Of a stretch of DNA of 64,000 bases, positions 58,778-64,000 are shown in pieces. This DNA comes from an uncultured virus (IMG/VR IMGVR_UViG_3300043781_000014) (lineage: Duplodnaviria; Heunggongvirae; Uroviricota; Caudoviricetes): IMG/VR virus record IMGVR_UViG_3300043781_000014, positions 1 through 64,000 of that record; one strand, given 5' to 3'. A program made the translations under genes and the position numbers. The notes under the pieces were generated by a model. That model was not told where the DNA came from. It was given only the letters and a program-made list of their open reading frames with translations, and did not search any database. Numbering within the stretch: position 1 is the first letter of the stretch; each line of letters begins with the position of its first letter.

Positions 58778-59389
58778 TTGCGTTTACAAAGACAATTAAA
58801 TATTGATAATACTTTTCGGGTATTAAACCTAAACTTTTATGATAAGAAACGTGATTATGTAAAAGTTAATGCTAAAAACAAGGAGAAAGTCTTAGCTTGT
58901 CTAAATGACGATCAAGAACACTATTACGTAATTGACGGTACGAGTGACGACTTATTACTTAACCATAAAGTATATAAGAGTCAAGACCATATCATTTATG
59001 CTACTAATGACTTAATTCCAATGAGCGTCTTTTTAGCTATTGGATCTAATCGAAAAGTTATTTATATGTATCGACTTCATAACTTTAGCCAAGCAGAATT
59101 AGATAATATGAACACTGCTTCTGAGGTTGGGACTACCGCTATTTATGTACCAAACATTACAGAAGATACAAGGATTACTCCTTTGCTGTTTGATATAGAA
59201 GACGCTAGATTTATTGCTGATCGAATTTATCTTGAATTTAATGATAATGTTACTCAAGACTTAAAAGAGGCTTATTTTGATACTCTACATGAAATTCTAG
59301 CCCGCTGGACTATTCAGCTTTATCTTAGCTACTCTAGTGAAGCAGAACACCAAAAACTAAGTAAGTATTTAATTAAGAAATATAAATAG
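58778..59389 (+). CDS. conserved hypothetical protein
   Basis: GAGG RBS, TTG start; syntenic position before the HU-like gene. Confidence 0.6.
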   Translation: MRLQRQLNIDNTFRVLNLNFYDKKRDYVKVNAKNKEKVLACLNDDQEHYYVIDGTSDDLLLNHKVYKSQDHIIYATNDLIPMSVFLAIGSNRKVIYMYRLHNFSQAELDNMNTASEVGTTAIYVPNITEDTRITPLLFDIEDARFIADRIYLEFNDNVTQDLKEAYFDTLHEILARWTIQLYLSYSSEAEHQKLSKYLIKKYK

Positions 59390-59434
59390 ACCTTATATCA
59401 TTCGTTGTCTAATATGTTATAAGGACGAACTAAA

Positions 59435-59749
59435 ATGAAAAAAGACGTGGAAACACTTAATACAACAGATTTAGCTAGGCTAATTAAATTCAGAGATCCT
59501 AGCTTAAAATTAAAAGACATACAAAAGGTATTAAATCTTCAATCAGAAGTAATTGCCTATGGTTTAGACACAGAACAACGAATTAAAATTGGTAAGTTGT
59601 TTATTATCGAACCTACTATTCGCCCTAGTCACAAACACTACCGAGGAATGGGTAAAGGTTCTAAGTATGTAACAGTACCAAAAAGACTTCGGTTTAAGTT
59701 TAAAGCCCTTAAGCAATTAAAAGAAATAGAAGATAGCCACCAATACTAG
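59435..59749 (+). CDS. HU/IHF-like DNA-binding protein
   Basis: IKIGKLF, R.....Y.G, VPKRLRFKFKA..QLKE. Confidence 0.8.
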   Translation: MKKDVETLNTTDLARLIKFRDPSLKLKDIQKVLNLQSEVIAYGLDTEQRIKIGKLFIIEPTIRPSHKHYRGMGKGSKYVTVPKRLRFKFKALKQLKEIEDSHQY

Positions 59750-59883
59750 ACGGGTTAATTTAGCCTGTCTTTTTTTTTTTATTTTTCTATTGCAATCCTT
59801 ACACTTTTAGTTCATAATAAGAGGTGCGCAAGATTAGATGCGCAGAAATGCGTAAACCCTTGGGCGGAAAGGAAGACAGACAC

Positions 59884-60174
59884 ATGAATGAGTGCGCAGT
59901 AATGCAAGAATTCAAGATTGCTCAATCTAAATTAGATAAAGTAATGGAATGGGTTAAAGCACAAACTGTCCCTATTCCATACGGTGAAAAGAATAACCCT
60001 AAGAAAGTTAAGGTAACGTTTCAAGGACAAGACTTCTATTATCCTAGTATTCGAGAAACTGCTCGTTATATTAACGTTCCAGAATCTAGCATTCGTTATG
60101 CTTTAAGTAAACAGAATACTTATTATCGTAATGGTTGCTTAATTAGCTATGCGGATGAAGGAGAGGAAGTGTAA
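59884..60174 (+). CDS. small NUMOD1/HTH-like DNA-binding protein
   Basis: YPSIRETARYINVPESSIRYAL; RBS GAAAGGAAG before ATG 59884. Confidence 0.65.
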   Translation: MNECAVMQEFKIAQSKLDKVMEWVKAQTVPIPYGEKNNPKKVKVTFQGQDFYYPSIRETARYINVPESSIRYALSKQNTYYRNGCLISYADEGEEV

Positions 60175-60176
60175 AT

Positions 60177-60668
60177 ATGACAGCGGATATTATCAAGGAT
60201 GCCCTGCGTCCTCTACAATATGTAGACATGAATGGGGAACTTAAAACTTTAGTACCAGAACAGATTCTTAATTTTGATACTAATAAATTAGTTGAAGAAA
60301 TGCAAAACAACCCCAATATCTATTATTTAGTGGCTAGACTTGCAGAGCGTAAACGATTAGAGGCTAAAGACTTAGATACACAATTAGATGCTCTAAAGGG
60401 AACTCTATATATCCAATACGTGCAAGACGAAAACTTAAAAAAGTTTAATGGTGGACGTAAACCACCCGAGTCTATGCTTGCTACGGCAATTCAATCTGAT
60501 CCTAAATACGTTGAATTGAGTAAGCAACGGAATCTAGCTGACTATCAATTTAGATGTCTTAACTGGTTAACCAAGGCAATTGAAAATAAAGCTGATATGA
60601 TGCAAAGCATTAGTGCTAACCAACGACAACAGCAAAAAATGATCCCACAAGGAGGATTTAATGGCTAA
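60177..60668 (+). CDS. UvsY-like recombination mediator
   Basis: KP.E......I.SDPKY...KAIENKADMMQS helical pattern; position upstream of SSB/RecA. Confidence 0.6.
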   Translation: MTADIIKDALRPLQYVDMNGELKTLVPEQILNFDTNKLVEEMQNNPNIYYLVARLAERKRLEAKDLDTQLDALKGTLYIQYVQDENLKKFNGGRKPPESMLATAIQSDPKYVELSKQRNLADYQFRCLNWLTKAIENKADMMQSISANQRQQQKMIPQGGFNG

Positions 60669-61218
60669 TAATTTTGAAACTAAAGTAAAAGATATTTGTA
60701 ATAATATCTATAATTTAACCCTAGATTTAAAAGACTCTGAACAGTTAGTGCTTAATCGTCATGTAGGAAATGTTGATAATCTAGTTGCTAAGTTAATAAG
60801 TGAAGAAGGTAAAACCCTAGTGCGAGATCTTCAACAAGATACTTTTAAAGAATATCAACAGGTTGAAATGATTAAAGATTATTGTTCCCGAGGCTTTATT
60901 TATGCCCTAGCTTACAAAGGAATTTTACCAGATAGTGATAACTCCACCTTTGTAAAGGCTTTAAGCGCTATTACTACTGCTACTAAAAAGTTACTAATTA
61001 AGAAGAACCATGATTATGGTTCTAGCTATCAAAAGGTGGCAGATATTCTAGGTGCTATTCCAGCGTTTTCAGTGCGAATTTTAGACAAGTGTAATCGACT
61101 AGATAATCTAATTAATAGTAACAAAACAGTCAAAGTAAAAGATGAATCACTCGCAGATACTATACAAGACTTGTTAGGCTACTATGTATTGTTTATAATT
61201 AGTATTGAAAATAAATAA
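60661..61218 (+). CDS. nucleotide-modification-associated (DUF1599-like / dATP-dGTP diphosphatase-like) domain protein
   Basis: KKNHDYGSS, RILDK.NRL, DESLADT..DL.GY. Confidence 0.7.
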   Translation: MANNFETKVKDICNNIYNLTLDLKDSEQLVLNRHVGNVDNLVAKLISEEGKTLVRDLQQDTFKEYQQVEMIKDYCSRGFIYALAYKGILPDSDNSTFVKALSAITTATKKLLIKKNHDYGSSYQKVADILGAIPAFSVRILDKCNRLDNLINSNKTVKVKDESLADTIQDLLGYYVLFIISIENK

Positions 61219-61257
61219 CAGGTAATATCTTGTATTAGAAACAGGGAGTGGATTTTA

Positions 61258-61968
61258 ATTATTTATATTAACGCACCGATCGGTATCGGTAAGACAAGTT
61301 TAGCTAAGATTTTATCTAAGGATTTAGGTACACCTGCATTTTTAGAAGAACCAGAAAAGATTCCATTATTAAATAGTTTTTATGAAGACGGTAAGATTTC
61401 ACGAGAGCTTAAATCATTCGTAGTTCAGATTGAATTTCTGGATTACCGATATGAGCAACTTATGGAAGGTGTTCATTTAGGACTAGAAGGTATTACAAAT
61501 ACTGTCTATGATTCTTCGCTTATTAGTGATGGGATCATGAGTCATAACCTTTATAATCGTGGTGAATTCCCAGAGATTCTTTATAAGGACTACTTACGTC
61601 TTAATAATATTATGCAACGTAACGTAGCAGGTCATCCTTTCATGGGTCCAGACTTAATTATTTATCTGGAAGCACCATTTGAACAAATGCTGAGTAATAT
61701 TGCTAAACGTGGGCGTGAAATGGAAACTACAGACCCTAAGCTAACAGAGTATTATAAGTCTGTATGGAACATCTATCGAGACTGGTATAACTCTTATGGT
61801 AATACTCCAGTTCTCAAATTAGATTTAGATAATGTAGATTTTGTTAATAATGTAGATGATAAAAACATGGTCTTAGATAAGATTGAAAATGAGCTTGTTA
61901 ACCTAGGAAAATTAAGTCTTAATGAGTTTAACCGACTGCATGATAAACGAGTAAAAGAGGTAGCTTAA
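61258..61968 (+). CDS. deoxynucleoside kinase (probable ATT start)
   Basis: Frame is open upstream of the tracked ORF: IYINAPIGIGKTSLA P-loop, EP, FYED, PDLIIYL, IAKRGR. Confidence 0.85.
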   Translation: MIYINAPIGIGKTSLAKILSKDLGTPAFLEEPEKIPLLNSFYEDGKISRELKSFVVQIEFLDYRYEQLMEGVHLGLEGITNTVYDSSLISDGIMSHNLYNRGEFPEILYKDYLRLNNIMQRNVAGHPFMGPDLIIYLEAPFEQMLSNIAKRGREMETTDPKLTEYYKSVWNIYRDWYNSYGNTPVLKLDLDNVDFVNNVDDKNMVLDKIENELVNLGKLSLNEFNRLHDKRVKEVA

Positions 61969-62225
61969 TGGAAAAAGAACGCAGAATTGTCGTTGTTAGT
62001 AAAGACGACAATAAGGGCAATCTTTTAACTAATGTTTTGTTTGAAGATTATCCTAAACAGGGTAAAAATGCTAGTGATATGCTAAGTGACTTTACAGTAG
62101 GCTTTGTAAACACTATGCAACGTTATGGTCTTTCTAAAAAAGGACTACTAGAAACTATTGGTGCTATGTATGACACCTTAAATGAAGATGATACAGAAGA
62201 AAAGAACAACGGAGGAAACAACTAA
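61968..62225 (+). CDS. hypothetical protein
   Basis: TAATG overlaps at both ends. Confidence 0.65.
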   Translation: MEKERRIVVVSKDDNKGNLLTNVLFEDYPKQGKNASDMLSDFTVGFVNTMQRYGLSKKGLLETIGAMYDTLNEDDTEEKNNGGNN

Positions 62226-63592
62226 TGGCAATGAATTTCGCAGACGCAATTAATCAACTTAACTCAAACAGCAACGAAAACAACTTTCGTCCTACTACCC
62301 TTGGCAAAAAGCAAGCCTTTTTTGGTCGGATCTTACCATTAGAAAATGGCGGATTTCCTTTTGTTCAATTCCGTGAAGCATGGGTTAGTTTTACTAAGAA
62401 AGATGGCAGTGTTACAGCCTTACCAGTAATTATTGATCCTAGCAATCAAAATGATCAATTAGCTAAACTTCTTAATACGGTTATTCAATTCAATAAAGAC
62501 AAAGGTGCTAAAGATGAAAAAGGTTATGCAGTAGATACTATTAAATTAGCTTCTGGACGTTTCCCACTATCTGTTCGTACTCGTGCTTACTTTCTTGGTG
62601 TTCCTGTTACTAATCAAAATGGTACTTATGCTCAAGCGGTAGATAACCAAGGTCGCCCTGCTGTAGAAGCTTATCAAATTAGCTACTCTGGTATGTATGC
62701 TATTTCTTCCTTGCTTACTCCAGAAATGCCTTATATGAATGCACGGACTGGTCAACCAATGTTTACTGACCAAGCACAATTCATGACTGCTAAAGAAACA
62801 ATGCCTGTTAGCGCTAAGTTTGTTGACGCTCCTAATGGTGGTGTAGGTAGTTGGAATGCTAGTGTTAACCAAGCTATGATCTTACCTGCTATGAACTTTA
62901 ACTACTTAGAACGTGATGCTCAAGGTAATATGAAGTATGTAGATGATATTGAAAAGGAAGCTAAGCCTTTAATTGAATCCGATCCTAACTTCTACCAAAT
63001 CGTCCTTAAGCAACTTACCCAATCCTACAACACACAAATGGCTCAAGTAAGTTCTAACCCATATGCTACGGGCGCTAGCTTTAACTCAACCCCACAAGTA
63101 GGCGCAAGTGATTTGCCATTCCCTAATCAAAATCAAACATCTACTGCTCCTGCTAATAATCAAGCCCCTACGACTGGTCAACCAGCTCCACAAGCACCTA
63201 TGAATAATCAACCTCAAGCCCAAAAGGTAGATGTCGTTGCTAATATGACTGGTCAACCTGCTTCAAACTTTACCCAGTCTCAAACACAACAGCCTACAGC
63301 ACCAGCACAATCGGCTCCACAAGCTCCTGTAAGCTCTTCGGCACCAGCCCAAGGTAATTTTACTAATCCATTCTCAGAACCTACTACAGACACCCCAGAG
63401 AACGATTTAAGTATGCCTTTCCCTAACTCTGCGGATATGCAAGAACCAGCACCTACACCAACTAGTCAAGCTTCTGTACAACCAACTACACCTGCTCAAC
63501 AGCCACAGCCACAACCTAATACAGCACCAGATCCATTAGCTAACTTAAACGCTAGTTCTGATGTTGACTCATTCTTAGCCAACTTAAAGTAA
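62225..63592 (+). CDS. single-stranded DNA-binding protein (gp32-like) with long Q/P-rich linker
   Basis: GRILP motif, acidic C-terminus DVDSFLANLK, position just before RecA. Confidence 0.7.
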   Translation: MAMNFADAINQLNSNSNENNFRPTTLGKKQAFFGRILPLENGGFPFVQFREAWVSFTKKDGSVTALPVIIDPSNQNDQLAKLLNTVIQFNKDKGAKDEKGYAVDTIKLASGRFPLSVRTRAYFLGVPVTNQNGTYAQAVDNQGRPAVEAYQISYSGMYAISSLLTPEMPYMNARTGQPMFTDQAQFMTAKETMPVSAKFVDAPNGGVGSWNASVNQAMILPAMNFNYLERDAQGNMKYVDDIEKEAKPLIESDPNFYQIVLKQLTQSYNTQMAQVSSNPYATGASFNSTPQVGASDLPFPNQNQTSTAPANNQAPTTGQPAPQAPMNNQPQAQKVDVVANMTGQPASNFTQSQTQQPTAPAQSAPQAPVSSSAPAQGNFTNPFSEPTTDTPENDLSMPFPNSADMQEPAPTPTSQASVQPTTPAQQPQPQPNTAPDPLANLNASSDVDSFLANLK

Positions 63593-63607
63593 TAAGGAGA
63601 GATTGCT

Positions 63608-64000
63608 TTGTCTAAAATTACTGATATTATTGGGGAACTTAATAAAGATCCTAAGCTCACTACCTTTAACCAAACGGACAGTGGTGAAATTATGGACTGG
63701 TACCCAACTTTAATCCCTGTCTTTGATTATAATATGGTAGGTGGTGTTCCAGCTTCCGGTAGAGTTTCTCAAGCTTTCGGGAAACCCTCGTCTGGTAAAA
63801 GTACCTTCTCTGGCAATGTTATGAAAAATGCAATTAAGATGGGAGCCATTGTAGTTTACTTTGACTTAGAAGGTACACAAAATAATTCTCGTCTTGAAGC
63901 TCTTGGTGTCGATACTTCTAAAGTTCTTACATATACCACTACCCGTAAAAAAGATGGGACCATGCAAGAATTATCTATTGAAGAAATTGGTAAGACTATT
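63608..64000 (+). CDS. recA: RecA/UvsX-like recombinase, 3'-partial
   Basis: TTG after AAGGAG; GGVPASGRV, GKPSSGKST, YFDLEG, ALGVD. Confidence 0.9.
   Translation, partial: MSKITDIIGELNKDPKLTTFNQTDSGEIMDWYPTLIPVFDYNMVGGVPASGRVSQAFGKPSSGKSTFSGNVMKNAIKMGAIVVYFDLEGTQNNSRLEALGVDTSKVLTYTTTRKKDGTMQELSIEEIGKTI

Noticed and set aside
403..62872. Minus-strand and nested alternate-frame ORFs in the track (e.g. 26655-27038, 34295-34582, 46789-47088, 62567-62872)
   Set aside because: They overlap well-supported plus-strand genes and lack an RBS and recognisable motifs.
1..64000. tRNA or rRNA genes
   Set aside because: No cloverleaf or T-loop consensus recognised in the intergenic regions by eye; tRNAscan-SE would be decisive.

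Overview
Central part of a large, AT-rich, SPO1/Twort/K-like myophage genome (Herelleviridae-type gene order). A lactic-acid-bacterium host is inferred from the protein families, not proven. All credible genes are on the + strand. The order is: neck genes, tail sheath, tail chaperones, two paralogous tape-measure/peptidoglycan-hydrolase genes, baseplate hub with NlpC/P60, a ~9 kb accessory block, a 2086-aa spike/fibre, baseplate, holin, then replication/recombination genes (DnaB, SbcC, primase, C5-MTase, resolvase, HU, UvsY-like, dNK, SSB, RecA). The ORF track misses five things. (1) The tail tube gene is displaced ~17 kb from the sheath and split by two ORF-less group I introns. (2) A promoter/terminator-bounded RNA resembles an orphan IS200/IS605 TnpB omega-RNA with a guide, and other sRNA-like cassettes occur. 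(3) A Zn-repeat PD-(D/E)XK endonuclease is fused to a Mom-like DNA-modifying domain, and a second Mom-like paralog carries NUMOD1 domains. (4) An endonuclease cassette sits in the sheath 3' end with a duplicated, recoded gene end. (5) Several single-base frameshifts in essential genes are probably sequencing errors. All assignments come from manual motif recognition; no searches were run.
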